Shown piece after piece: positions 15,487 to 33,192 of a stretch of DNA of 64,000 nt (its first letter is position 1; every line of letters starts with the position of its first letter). The notes under the pieces were generated by a model that worked only from the letters and a program-made list of their open reading frames with translations, was not told the DNA's origin and did no database searches. The position numbers and the translations under genes were made by a program. Source of the stretch: the human T2T-CHM13v2.0 reference genome, Homo sapiens; the NCBI RefSeq assembly GCF_009914755.1, contig NC_060933.1; one strand, written 5' to 3'.

Positions 15487-16845
15487 CTCCTTCTTTCTTT
15501 GCCTAGTTACACCTCAATGCAACCTCCTGGCAGGACAGCCTTAAGCCCAGCAGTCCAACCATGCATCTAAGCTGAGTTCTCATCAGATCCAACTTCAATT
15601 ATAAACAACTGAGATGATGCCAGAGGCCAGAATCCCTGAGAACCCAATTTGCTGTCATCACCACAGCTGAAACAAGGCGCTTGGCATCTAGAAAAGCTGA
15701 TCTGTAGGAAATTTCCAACAGAGTTCAATTTTTTCTAAGTTTAAAGTGTACAATATCATCAAGGTCAGACACTCGAGATAAAACTAGGCTCGTGTTTAAA
15801 TATAATAAAAATATTTGAAGAATAGTAAGAGTGTTGACTACTTTTACACAGGAATGTTTCAAATAAATTGTTTTTTTCTTGTGCCTTTTAAATTTTGTGT
15901 TTTGTCAATGAGATGCTGACATATTTTTAATGAAGCATGCCTTGTAAAATAATAAGTGAATGAAAACTACACAGTAATATTTACATCAACAAAGCTAGAA
16001 GAAGACTGTATGTCTCAAGAGGCTCCATCATCTACCCAGTGGCCACTTGACCAAATTAAGATCCAAATACCAAAAAGAAAAGTAATTAAAATTTGTGTTG
16101 TATGCCTTATAAGACCAAACCTATAAAATGACGGGAAACTTCACAATTACTTGTAATTTGCTCTGTGGAATTGTAACAGATGGATTATAAAATGATTCCA
16201 TGATAAACATCGAAATATGGTTACTACCTTCTGTGCTTTCTTGGTTCATATTTTTATTGTTTTTTTTTTATAAACAGATAATTCATTCTTATCTATGGCA
16301 ATGAAAACTTTTCAGATGTATTGAATATGTCATAGTTTTTTTCTATTGTAGGCATCTCTAAAAAAGTTATAGAAAACAAACAGAGAAAAGTCTGGTGTTG
16401 GAAAGGAGAGAGAAATAAAGCTTGAAAAGGAATGAAGATTAGAGCTTTCTGGAGATAAAAATTCTTAGAAGATACAAAAGCTAGTTACTGAATTAGATGA
16501 AGGTTCTTTTTCAGTTTTTCCCAGTTGTTCACCTCTTAGAAGGCACATATTCACAGCAGAAAAGAAAAAAAGCGTTAAAAAGAAAATACCTCAGTGTAGT
16601 GAGACTGTAATTTCATGAGGGCATTACTGAAGACTCACTTTTTCCAGCATCACTCAGCATGGTATTATGCATGTGTGTAATGTAAAAGAAAGTGAATACG
16701 CATTCTTGGATGGGTGATCAAATCGTAATTCCAGAATATAATCAGAAGCTGATTCATTATCCTCTTGAGATTTCACAATCTTTCCATCAGGAATTAAAAT
16801 TCAGAAGAGGGTAAATGTATCTAATCTTTTGAAAGTTAAAAATTA

Positions 16846-17857
16846 GAGGATGGAGGCAACATGGCCAAATAGGAAGAGCTCCAGTCTACAGCTACCAGCT
16901 TGAGTGATGCAGAAGACAGGTGATATCTGCATTTCCAACTGAGGTACCAGGTTCATCTCACTGGGGAGTGCTGGACAGTGGGTGCAGCGCACCATGCATG
17001 AGCCAAAGCAGGGCAAGGCATCACCTCTCCTGGGAAGCACAATGGGTCAGGGAATTCCCTTTCCTAGTCAAAGAAAGGGTGACAGATGGCACCTGGAAAA
17101 TCAGTTCACTCCCACCCTAATACTGCACTTTTCCAACAGGCTTATCAAATGGCACACCAGGAGATTATATCCAGCACCTGGCTTGGAGGATCCTACACCC
17201 ATGGAGCCTCGCTGTTTGCTAGCACAGCAGTCTGAGATCAAACAGCAAGGTTACAGTGGGGCTGGGGGAGGGACACCCGCCATTGCTCAGGCTTGAGTAA
17301 GTAAACAAAGCAGCCAGGAAGTTCAAACTGGGTGGAGCCCACCACAGCTCAAGGAGGCCAGCCTGCCTCTGTAGGCTCCACCTTGGGGGCAGGGCACAGA
17401 CAAACAAAAGACAGCAATAACCTCTGCAGACTTAAATGCCCCTGTCTGACAGCTTTGAAGAGAGTAGTGGTTCTCCCAGCATGCAGCTTGAGATCTGAGA
17501 ACAGGCAGACAGCCTCCTCAAGTGGGTTCCTGACCCCTGAGTAGCCTAACTGGGAGGCATCCCCCAGTAGGGGCAGACTGACATCTCACATGACCGGGTA
17601 CCCCTCTGAGTCAAAACTTCCAGAGGAACGATCAGGCAGCAGCATTTGCAGTTCACCAATATCCACTGTTCTGCAGCCACCGCTGCTGATACCCAGGCAA
17701 ATAGTGTCTGGAGTAGACCTCCAGTAAACTCCAACAGACCTGCAGCTGACGGTCCTGACTGTTAGAAGGAAAACTAACAAACAGAAAGGACATCCACACC
17801 AAAACCCCATCTGTATGTCACCATCATCAAGGACCAAAGGAAGATAAAACCACAAAG
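16846..17857 (+). promoter_or_regulatory. L1 5'UTR internal promoter (YY1-like AACATGGCC; splice donor GAG|GTACC at 16943/4; acceptor CTGCAG| at 17676)
   Basis: Position and motifs of the L1PA 5'UTR; CpGs are largely decayed, so activity is doubtful. Confidence 0.75.
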
Positions 17858-18871
17858 ATGGGAAAAAACAGAGCAGAAAAACTGGAAACTCTAAAAATCA
17901 GAGTGTCTCTCCACCTGCAAAGGAAGGCAGCTCCTCACCAGCAATGGAACAAAGCTGGACGGAGTATGACTTTGACGAGTTGAGAGAGGAAGGCTTCAGA
18001 AGATCAAAGTACTCCGAGCTAAAGGAGGAAGTTCGAACCAATGGCAAAGAAGTTAAAAACTTTGAAAAAAAATTAGACGAATGGATAACTACAATAACAA
18101 ATGCAGAGAAGTCCTTAAAGGACCTGATGGAGCTGAAAACCATGTCACAAGAACTACATGACAAATGCATAAGCCTCAGTAATTGATGTGATCAACTGGA
18201 AGAAAGAGTATCAGCGATGGAAGACGAAATGAATGAAATAAAGCATGAAGAGAAGTTTAGAGAAAAAGGAATAGAAGAAATGAACAAAGCCTCCAAGAAA
18301 TATGGAACTATGTGAAAAGACCAAATGTATGTCTAATTGGTGTACCTGAAAGTGACGGGGAGAATGGAACCAAGTTGGAAAACACTCTGCAGGATATTAT
18401 CCAGGAGAACTTCCCCAATCTAGTAAGGCAGGCCAACATACAAATTCAGGAAATACAGAGAATGCCACAAAGATACTCCTCGAGAAGAGCAACTCCAAGA
18501 CACATAATTGTCAGATTCACCAAAGTTGAAATGAATGAGAAATTTTAAAGTCAGCCAGAGAGAAAGGTCAGGTTACCCACAAAAGGAAGCCCATTAGACT
18601 AACTGCTGATCTCTCCTCAGAAACTCTACAAGCCAGAAGAGAGTGGGGGCCAATATTCAACATTCTTAAAGAAAAGAATTTTCAACCCAGAATTTCATAT
18701 CCAGCCAAAAGAAGCTTCATAAGTGAAGGAGAAATAATATACTCCACAGACAAGCAAATGCTGAGAGATTTTGTCACCACCAGGCCTGCCCTAAAAGAGC
18801 TCCTGAAGGAAGCCCTAAACATGGAAAGGAACAACTGGTACCAGCCACTGCAAAAACATTCCAAATTGTAA
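17858..18871 (+). pseudogene. L1 ORF1p, frameshifted with stops
   Basis: ATG at 17858; ORF pieces 17944-18186 and 18312-18548 (..LIGVPESDGENGTKLENTLQDIIQENFPNL..RYSSRRATPRH). Confidence 0.93.
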
Positions 18872-18934
18872 AGACCATCAAGGCTAGGAAGAAACTGTAT
18901 CAACTAACGAGCAAAATAACCAGCTAACATCATA

Positions 18935-22755
<3,821 letters not shown>

Positions 22756-24109
22756 ACAATGAGAAAACATGGATACAGGAAGGGGAACATCACACACTGG
22801 GGAGAGTTGTGGGGTGGGGGGAGGGGGAAGGATAGCATTAGGAGATATACGTAATGTTAAATGACGAGTTAATGGGTGCAGCACACCAACATGGCCCATG
22901 TATACATATCTAAAAAACCTGCACGTTGTGCACATGTACCCTAAAACTTAACATATAATAAAAAAAATAAACAAGAGACTTTTATACAGATAAATTTGCT
23001 TTGCATCATGATCAGCACTAAAGAGCATCATAGATTTAAACCATATTTACACAGTTAAAACAAGGTAACCAAATATGTAATATATTATGTAACATTCTAC
23101 AAGATGCTTTCAAACATGCAAACTGACCTTTAAAACAATTTTGCATAAAATAACATTTCTAGGTAAGAGAAAAGACAGACATGTGGTTAAGGCAAAATAT
23201 TTCTGTTCAAATTACAAAATACTGAATGACAAATCACAGGATAGAAAAAAATTATATTGTACCTGGAATTTGAAGTCTTCAAATTTATTTAGATATATGT
23301 ATCTATATGTATTAATAGAGACATATTTAACTGATTATAAGTTTAGAACATTTATATTTTGAAGATGTCATTCTTTAAAAATTATTAATATCTACAGGAT
23401 TGCTGCAGATATTTTAATTTTAAACAAATATTTTTCATTAATGTGACCAGTATTTATGTCCTATTTCATTAAACAGACATTTCAAGATTCTTTTAGAGTT
23501 AACTTTTAAAAATTAAGTACCACAAATATTTCTGAAGTACTACCTTAAAAAATAAAACCCTTTCCTAGCTTTTCATATAAACATTTTCATAATGACTAAA
23601 AAGATAAAAATAAATTAACAACCATAATTAAATTAGAATTCTACTTTTTATATCAGATGAAATACTATATAAAATGTCCAGAAAATCTAGTGTTAATGAG
23701 GCTGTGCAGCCTGGACATTTGATGTCTCATCTGTGGGAATGTGAACTAACCCAACCATTCTGAATAATTATTGGCTCTGTGTGTTAACAGTCTAGATTCC
23801 TGAAACAAGGATCTTAATTCTAAAATAAAATCCTATTCTAAGAATATACCAAGGGTTGATAATCAAGGAAGTTTCAAAGTTATAAAGAAGAACCTTCATC
23901 CTAGCATTATATATGTAATCATCCATATAAACCAGATAGTGTTGAATGAAACTGCAGAAAAACAAAGAGCTTACAGAATATGTTTCTCTTTGTGTACAAC
24001 TGTAAATGTACACATCTATCCATGTAAAATTTTACATCTCAGGAGGATAGGTACCAACATGTTAACATGCTATATCTATAAGATAAGAAATTTTACTTTC
24101 CTACAATTT

Positions 24110-24111
<2 letters not shown>

Positions 24112-24147
<36 letters not shown>

Positions 24148-24242
24148 CAAACACACATACACACACACCGAGGATATATACGCACACAAATATATATATA
24201 AACATACATGTTTATATAGGTACACACACACATACATATACA
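24112..24242. repeat. (CA)n microsatellite with degenerate CA/TA extension
   Basis: Read directly. Confidence 0.9.
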
Positions 24243-24589
24243 CAGATGGTCAACAACTTATAATGGTTCAATTTATGATTTTTTTTTTACTTTATGATGA
24301 AGCAAAAGTGATAGCTTTGAATAGAATATAACCATTCTGCTTTTCACTTTCAGTACAATATTCAACAAATTACATAAAATATCCAATACTTTATTATAAA
24401 GTGGGTTTTGTATTCAATGATTTTGCCCAATTGTCAGCTGATGTAAGTGTTCTGAGCACATTAAATGTATGCCAGGCTAAGCTGTGATATTCAGTAAGTT
24501 AGGTATTAAATACATGTTTAACTTACTGTATTTTCAACTTATAATCAGCTTATCAGGACTTAACCCCATTGTACATTGAAAAGCATTTG
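24243..24589 (-). mobile_element. MER47A-like Tigger (TcMar) MITE
   Basis: 'cagatggt..acttataatggtt' and 'aaccccattgta..ttgaaaagcatttg' termini; internal 'ttttgcccaa..gtaagtgttctgagcac'. Confidence 0.75.
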
Positions 24590-24693
24590 TATTGCATTAA
24601 ACATGTTATATAATATTTTTAATTGAAATTACTGGCAATTTTTGAATAAATGTCATGAAATAATGTGCTTTGCTATTGGTTAAAATATTTTTG

Positions 24694-25011
<318 letters not shown>

Positions 25012-25524
25012 GTTTTTAGCTTCAAGTAACAGAATAGTCAACTAATTGAAGAAAAAAACAAGGAGCAACTTTTACCAAATCGCACAACAAATAGATGGTG
25101 TCAATGCTTAGTTAATTCAACATGATCCACTTCTTTGTGATTCTCTTATCTTTCTACCCATGTTTTCAATATGGCTATGGCATTCCCAGCCTTACAACTT
25201 CATGTGACAAAATCCAATGGCAGGAAATAATAAGTGACGGTATTTTGGAACTTTAAGGAAAAACTTTAAGGATTGGAAAACAGGGATGCCGCTTGTCCAG
25301 TAACATGGGATAGCCGCTCCGAATTAAGGATTGCTGTATGTCCTGAATGACTTTCTAATGTAATGAAGATGAATAACCTGCTTTGTTTAATTATGCAATC
25401 CCAAATGTAACTGCCTAAGTGCCAAGTACTTTTGCATGGTTTTAATATGCCATGAATTTTGCAAGAATGAAACTACTATGTATATGAGAAAAGATGGTAG
25501 ATTTTTTCATTTAGATACTCATTT

Positions 25525-25950
25525 CAGAGTCTCAATAGGAAAAATAGAACACACAAAAACTAAGATAATTTAACAAGGGTTTATTTCCAAAGAGACTACT
25601 TACGAAAATGTCAGGGGAGAAGGGTGAAGGAATCACAGAAATCACACCCCACAATAACTCTGGGTTAGTAGCAGCAGGCAGAGTTCTGAGGAGTAAACTG
25701 CCCTGATCACACAAGGAAACACTAATTTTCTTATGAAAAAGATTGGTGAAGGAGACCTAGCAGAGAGGGAATTTAGGCAATAACCCCCAATCCCATTTCC
25801 TCCTTCCCTTTAATCTCATGAACATGCATAGAAGGCAATGAGCAAGTGAACCGATTGAGATATTCAATATGGACCATTCCACTTGGACAAAAGCCAGTAA
25901 ATAGGGGAGTATAACAGGGGACAAGGGCCAAACAGAAAGTATCTATTACA
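25525..25950 (-). mobile_element. Old ERVL LTR (LTR33-like)
   Basis: Resembles the LTR33 reverse strand, ending 'gggccaaacagaaagtatctattaca'. Confidence 0.45.
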
Positions 25951-26879
25951 TTTACCAATGCAGATCAATCATGTCAACAATAGAAATGGCAGTTTTGGCA
26001 TTTGGTTATTCAATGAAACTATATTTGTAGCTTTTTATTTACAATGTTTCAAGGTATGGGCGAAGATATGAAAATTTCATTATGTTCTATTGTATTTGAT
26101 ATGTAAATGTTCTGGCACAATTATATACATTTTGGATTATATATTGACAGTAAATTATTTCTCCTTTGTTAGCTTCAGCATAACATTAATATTTTCAACA
26201 ACTTGAATGCATACATTGTGTTCTCACTAATAGTTTAGAATAGTGAAGGGCTCTTTGAAGAATTTCTTATGAAGTAGAGGCATTGGGTCAGACAGACCCG
26301 AAAACCATTGGCTTAGATTAATCACTATTTATCCTAGGGCTGTAGAGGGCCAATTGAAGACACAAATGTCCAATCCCTCTATGACCTTGGAGATCTATGA
26401 ACCAGAGAAATAGAGACTGGTTCTTAAGGAGGTAATAAGTGTGCCTTCTATGGTTTATAATAATATGCATTGTCTTAACAATCGAATACTTAAAAGTTAA
26501 TGCCCTCATAATATGCAAAATTTTTATTAAGCACATTGGTCCCTGTGTTCAAGTAGTTGGTAATCAAATTAGTGAAGTATGGTAAGTCTTTTGAAGAGCA
26601 TTAAACAGCAGAGAATGTAAGAAATTTGTCTCTATAATAGTGTGGGCCTTCTGTGTTTCCTAAGGGCACATTCATATGATCTAATAACTGAGCAGAGAGA
26701 AGCCTAAAGGATAGTTTATGGTTTCATTTGTTTGTTTTTGCCAATTAACATACATTTCTAGATTAAAAGTCAACTATCTTTTCCTTGGGAGTCAACTATA
26801 GGAGAAGATAGTGAAGAGGCAAGGAAAATTACAGCAGCTCAACAGCTTTACCCTGGAAATATCTGTATTGTGTACCACT

Positions 26880-27210
26880 ATAGCCTACCTTTATCAGTCA
26901 GATAACAATGTCAAAGAGGCAAGCTTGGCACCATTGCTCTTAGTGAATCCCTGCTGCCAGCCTTTTATCCTAAGTGCTCTCCAAAGACCCATTTAATGGA
27001 CCTTCCTGAAATTGTGCTCAGGATCAATATGAGACTCATTGATACAGCATTTTTGGAACTCACCATTTGCTTATTTATTAAACCTGGGATAGTTGCCGAA
27101 CTTCTATCATCTGAAATCCTCTCCATGACTTTCAAAATTACCAACATTGGTTCCAACATCATTCCTAGAAAACATTTCAGTGGAGTATATTTATCTGACA
27201 TTTGACTGTA
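26880..27210 (-). mobile_element. CR1/L3 LINE RT fragment, ancient
   Basis: 'tcttagtgaatccctgctg', 'caggatcaatatgagactc', 'ctccatgactttcaaaattacc' resemble antisense L3. Confidence 0.5.
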
Positions 27211-28799
27211 TTTATAGCAGTAAGAATCTATGATGATTCCTCCCAAAATAATCCCACAATTACCCATTTTGGGTCACCTTTGAGGGTCTTACCCTTAATA
27301 TCAGAGATTTGTTCTATACATTTGAGTCTTAGAAATAATTACTAGCTTCTCTCTGAATTTTACTGAAGTTCCTTACTTTTATTCAGCCTGTTACCCAAAT
27401 TACATAATGTATTGAAGGCTAAAAACTGTCCAAATTTCTGATTACATTTAGTTAAAAATGGGAATATGACTTTTTCTTTTTCTAACTTGGCAAAGATTAT
27501 GTTTTTTTCCACGAAGAAATATAGGCATATTTAAACACTCAGGATCTGAGAATTTGAAATACATGAAACTTGGCAAGTGGTCTTTAAGTAGTTTTCATTT
27601 CTAAATTATAGTACATACCATTGAATGCTACAGAAGGAAAGACAATGAGGTATTACTCATAAACATTGCCTTTATGATATCCTTCCAAAGAAAACCAAGT
27701 GTCCCTGTGCTTGGACTCATAAAGCAGAAATGCTTACCTTGCTTTTATGTCACTAACAATTGTGCCTAGTCATTTAATTCTAATGCATTTAAGCCATCTT
27801 GAGAGTGGAGCCCCTAGGGAAAACTACAAATGGAAAATTCATTGATTTTTGATTTTGCTTTCCTATGGATTAAATTTAACACTTTCTCGTAAAGCTCTCC
27901 CTTTACAGATCATATGTGATAAATAGTTATCCAACTTTCTAGATGTCCACCCAGAGCTGCTTCCATATGAAGAGGTGGAAACAGATTCTGTGCATGATAC
28001 TGGTTAGGATCGGGAACTGTTTTTTTTAAAGGAGATTTTTAAAATTTGTTTTCCTTGTACACATAGCCTTAATATTGTGTTGCTAACTGCCCTCTGGGAA
28101 TAAAGTCATACCAATCACAAATACATTGCCTAAAGCAGGAGGCTTATTACTCTGCTGTGAATTCCATCTCCCATTATTTTTTAAAGATGCTACAAACTTG
28201 AGACATTACTATGTATATGACATTCCCAGCAAATCCCCAAACAACACTTAATGAGATTTCAAATACCAGGATCATGAAACAGTAAAAGATATAAGGAAAT
28301 AAAGAAAAGCACAGTATATGTGTAGAAGGCATTAAAACACAAATTTTATAATTATGAATGCATATAATAGGGAACAAGTTTTATTCTAAATAGCAATTAA
28401 ATCAGAACTATGATACAGGGAATAAAAGTGAATATTAAACCATTGTACAGACAATAACAGAGCCCTTTTTCTGCTGCGTGATGGAATTTAGTGTTTACTA
28501 AGGAAGAAAAAAATGCAAGATATCTTAAATTTGGTACCTTCCAACAAATTTAAGAAATGTATACACACTTGAGGAGACTTAAGAAGTCTCTGACTAAAAC
28601 ACTAGAAAAGAAAAGCAGTGAAAAGCCAAATAACTATTACTCAACAATAACAACATTTGTTACTATTATATTAATATTAAACACACTATTAAGCAACAAC
28701 ATTTCAGTTACTCACTGAGCCCAAAGTCATTTTTCATGAACCATTCACAACACTGATAACCTATTGAAAAATGATTGAAAACAAAAAAGCTTATTGCTT

Positions 28800-29225
28800 T
28801 CCAAGTCCTTTTAAAGCCTTCTCATGTGTCATTTCATATAATCCTTATAACGAATCTATGGAGTATATACTGACTTTATCTCTGTACAGAAAAGAAAACT
28901 GAATCACATTCAGAATAAGTTGCAAAGTTCCCCAGATAATCAGTGTCATAGGTGAAATTTGATGTCACAGTGTACTCAAGTGTAATTTAGGGAAGCAGTA
29001 CAAATGATGGTTGAAAGCACAGGTTCTGGGGTAAATAGCCTGAAGTCAAAATCTAGTTCATATCCTCAGTGGCTGTGTGATCTTGGGAAATTTCCCTTAA
29101 CTCTCTGTGTCTTGGTTTTATAGTTTCATCCATTTTTGCCTCTCATATGAGCTGGTGAGCATTACACTAGTTTATGCTTCTAGGACACTGAAAACAGTAC
29201 TTGGCTCTTGATAAATATTAACAAT
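28800..29225. mobile_element. Two degraded MIRs in opposite orientation
   Basis: MIR core 'ggctgtgtgatcttgggaaa..cttaactctctgtgtctt' (+) and 'tacagaaaagaaaactga' (-). Confidence 0.55.
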
Positions 29226-29839
29226 TTTGTTTCATTTTCTTCACCTTGAGTATTTCGTGGCCAGATGGAAATCAATGTCAATATGAAAAAATGTTCATAA
29301 TTCAGCAGGAAGAAATACAAAACCATATAAACAACTTTGTTTTACTGGCAAGTGTATTTGGAAGCTATGTTAAATTGAGAAGGTGAAGGGAAAGCCTCTA
29401 AGGATATCGATTAATCAATGACCGAAAGCTGATGAGACTTGTCTGGAATTTTTTTTGGAGACTCTGAGACTTAAAATTTTGACAAAATAAGGAGATGAAT
29501 TGAGTAGTGTGGAAGAGACATTTTCTGAAGTCAGCAGAGAAAGGAGAGACAAATATGATAAGGGGAAAATGGTATGAATTAATAATATGAATGAAGTGCT
29601 TTCTAAAGTATAACACATGTAAGTTGTGTTAAATGTAAACTATCATGATTATATCATTACTGTCTGACTGATACAACTATATCCACCTCAGTTAGCCACA
29701 TAAGATCAATTTTCCTATACCTTAGAGAATACCAGTAACCTCCAGTTCAGAAACAGCATAAATATCTATCCACAGCTGAGCAGACACATACAGCTAGCTA
29801 CCAGATGAAATGGGCTATATCTTCAAATACTATTGTTTT

Positions 29840-30062
29840 CAGTTTTTTAACTGTGGCAAAACACACTCAACAATTTGCATCTTAACCACTGTTAAGTATA
29901 CAAGTCAGTGTCATTAAATGTATTCACAATGTTGTGCAAGCATCACCACCACCCATCTCCATAATTCTTTTTGTCTTGTAAAATTGAAATCCTGTACCCA
30001 TTAAAAAGTGACTCCCCATTCCCCGCCCTCCCAGGGCAACTACAGCTTTACTTTCTGTCTTG
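29840..30062 (-). mobile_element. L1MB-like 3' end fragment
   Basis: 'cattaaatgtattcacaatgttgtgcaagcatcaccac..gtacccattaa'. Confidence 0.7.
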
Positions 30063-31701
30063 ATGAATCATACAATATCAAATGGAATTTTTAAGATATT
30101 TAAAATCTTTTGTCTGGAAGCAAAGTGGAAGTTAATATCAATGGCTATGCCTTCAGTGAGTTCTGAGACCACATTACAGTGTAGTTAACTATTTATCTTT
30201 TATTACTTTCTAGACCTATTATTTCTTCCTGGCACAAAAATATCTTCTTTGTAGATTATGGCATTTACCTCTATCTCCACACCATTTTGCATCTCTCATC
30301 CACAGATCATCAGCCTCTTGCTTAGTCTTCCATTTAATGACAATTTCTATTTAGTATACAACAGTCCTTCCCCCTGCAATGCAATTTCTTCACTCTTTAA
30401 AGCTCTGACTCTGGCTACTGGTCTCTGTTATGTACTCATACCTAGAGCCATGTCTTCAAATATTTCTCAGAACTTCTTCACATCTAAAAATCTAGGATTA
30501 ATTTATTGCTCTCTGATTATATTCTTCTGGTATTTCAAGTATCCTGTATAACTTCTTCATCTGCCCTTGCTTTTCTTCTACATCAAGATGTCAAGTTCAT
30601 GGACTTCCCAATTAATCATTTTAAAAATTTATTTCAAGCCTTTATGAGTCACTACAATATACATATGTTCTCAGGAATTATGGCAATACAATTTGTGAGA
30701 ATAGTTCCTGTGTCAGGCATTATGGACATAAGAGTAAATAAATTCTAGCCCCTGCCTACAAGGAGCTAATTCCAAGCCTAAGACAGATTGCAAGCCAATA
30801 ATATGCAGAGATGTAAGTCTAAGGAAACTGATTGGGATGTACCTAATTCGAGCTGGGAATATCAGAAGAAAAACTTTTTGAAAGTCATGAGACATGAGCT
30901 GTACCTAAAAGAATAAAAAAGAGAGAGAGAAATAAGAAGAAATAAATTAGGGAATGAGATGGGTATAATAGTAGAAAAAGGAAATCTCTTTAGATAAAAC
31001 AGGGTATGAGAGTATATAGGAGGCTTATTAACTCAGTGTGGTTGGAGAAAACAGGTTGAAAGGAGAAATAGGGGAGAAAGTTACAAAGGGAATCAAACGT
31101 GTTAGTAGTTGAGGGAAAAGCAAATATTGAATACGACCCACAGATCTTGGATAACCCAGTGTTTGGTAGTAGCTTACATAAAATGTTGTGACAAAATAAC
31201 CAGAGGTATGCGGAGAAAATAATAACTGAGTGTCATATTTCCTCTCAGTAGAAACCTAAAAAAAAAAAAATGTAATCACACACTGATCTTTTAACTGACC
31301 TCCACTTATCTTGCCGCCTGGATTGGCATACATATTCCTCTGCCTGAAAAATTGTCCAACACTTTTGAAATGTTGATTCTCACTGTTACACCCAGGCATT
31401 TCTGCTAACACCAGCTGAGTTGTAAGGGGCCCTCCAGGAGGCCTAGGTTGTTCTCCTTATCACATACATTATTTTCATTTATCAGTTTACCCAGAACGTC
31501 CAATGAAATATTATGGACACCAATAACATGAATACAAACATAGCTATAGACCCTAAAAAGTAAACTGATATCTCTTGAAAGGCTGTCATGTCTTAGATGC
31601 TAAATTTGGAGTATGTGTTTCTAATAAATAAATAGCTTGCTTTAATCATTCTGATTTATGAATGTAATATAGGGGAGCAGCTTTGATTTCACCCTTAAAC
31701 T

Positions 31702-31875
31702 TAAAAAACAATTAGCTGGGTGTGGTGGTGGGCACCTGTAGTCCCAGCTACTCAGGAGGCTGAAGCAGGGGAATGGTGTGCACCTGGGAGACAGAGCTTG
31801 CAGTAAGCCAAAATTGTGCCACTGCCCTCCAGCCTGAGTGACAGTGCAAGACTCTGTCTCAAAAAAAAAAAAAAA
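31702..31875 (+). mobile_element. Alu right arm only (AluY-like) with A15 tail
   Basis: Starts at the central A-linker; 'gaatggtgtg' and 'agagcttgcag'. Confidence 0.9.
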
Positions 31876-32281
31876 TCATGCAAGGAGTAAATGATGATTT
31901 AGCATAAAACACAACTTTAGCCTAAAACACAGTTCATAGGGCTCAAACTTTGTTATTTTATGGGATTATACTAACCAGTTAATATTCAAAATTTACCATT
32001 TCAAAAGAAGAAATATTGGTCTGGGAAAATTGCCATTGTTTATACAGATGAATGGGGGAATCTTTTTGAGCACAACAATTCTAATGATCTTCCTCATCAC
32101 TGGTTCCAAAACCAAGCCCATGGAAGGCCTGCATAGGGATAATGTGGAGAACATGCAAAAGAAATACACATCACCAGCTCCTCAACTCAGAGCTCCAAGG
32201 GAATGGCCAAGGAAGCTGTATTGTCCTAAGAAATTTGAGACTGTTTTGTCTTACATTAAATCTGGCTCAATCATATGTATG

Positions 32282-32284
<3 letters not shown>

Positions 32285-32319
<35 letters not shown>
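32285..32319. repeat. (AC)n microsatellite
   Basis: Read directly. Confidence 0.95.
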
Positions 32320-32321
<2 letters not shown>

Positions 32322-32817
32322 TGGTGTTGTCAGTGAAGCCTCTAACAATGCATCTTGACTGGACAGATTTGACAATTAAAATGGCTGGAAGAAAATAGGG
32401 CTTCATAAGTGGCACTTACTATTCACATTACACATTAAGAGGACATCTCCTAAATTAAATCTTATCTATGATAAAATGGCAGAAAATCATGACCCAAGGC
32501 TAGTTTATCACAGTAGAAATGTTCAAGATAGACCAATGCTTGCTATGTTTAGGAACGGACAAGAAAATACAGTTCGTTATAATCTACCATTTTGCCTTAT
32601 TTGATACCAGGTGACCTTCATAATGCAGGCAATAGAGAATTGCAAGATTTGTCAGAGATTTCAGGTCTTTGGAAAGCTATGCTCTTTCACAAGAACAGCC
32701 ATGGAAACAGGAAGAAAGTCAATTCCCACTTAAGTTAATCAGAATTTACAAATATTCCTTTCTTCATTGAAATCTCAATAGGCACTTCAATATTATCTTT
32801 AATTAATTCTTTTGTTA

Positions 32818-33192
32818 CAATCATGCATCACATAACAACATTTTGGTCAAGGATACTGCACATGTATGACAGTGGTGCAATAAAATCATAACACTGTACT
32901 TTTACTGTACCTCTTGTATGTTTAGACATGTATAGATACACTTACTGTATAGATATAAGTAAGTATAGATATACTTAACTGTTGTGTTACAATTGCCTAC
33001 AGTATTCAGTACAGTAACATGCTGCACAGGTTTGTAGCCTAGGAGGAATAGGCTATACCACCTAACCTAGGTATGTAATCAGCTAAAGCATCTAGGTTTC
33101 TGTAAGTAAACTCTGTGATGTTCATACAATAATAAAATTGTCCATCAATGCATTTCTCAGACACACGCCTGTCATTAAGTGACACATGACTG
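32818..33192 (+). mobile_element. Tigger3a/MER7-like MITE
   Basis: Inverted ends CAATCATG...CATGACTG flanked by TA on both sides; 'caggtttgtagcctaggag..ataggctatacca'. Confidence 0.85.

Noticed and set aside
23939-24331. 130-aa ORF with HTHT repeats (also 32030-32398)
   Set aside because: Kept open by stop-free (CA)n microsatellites.
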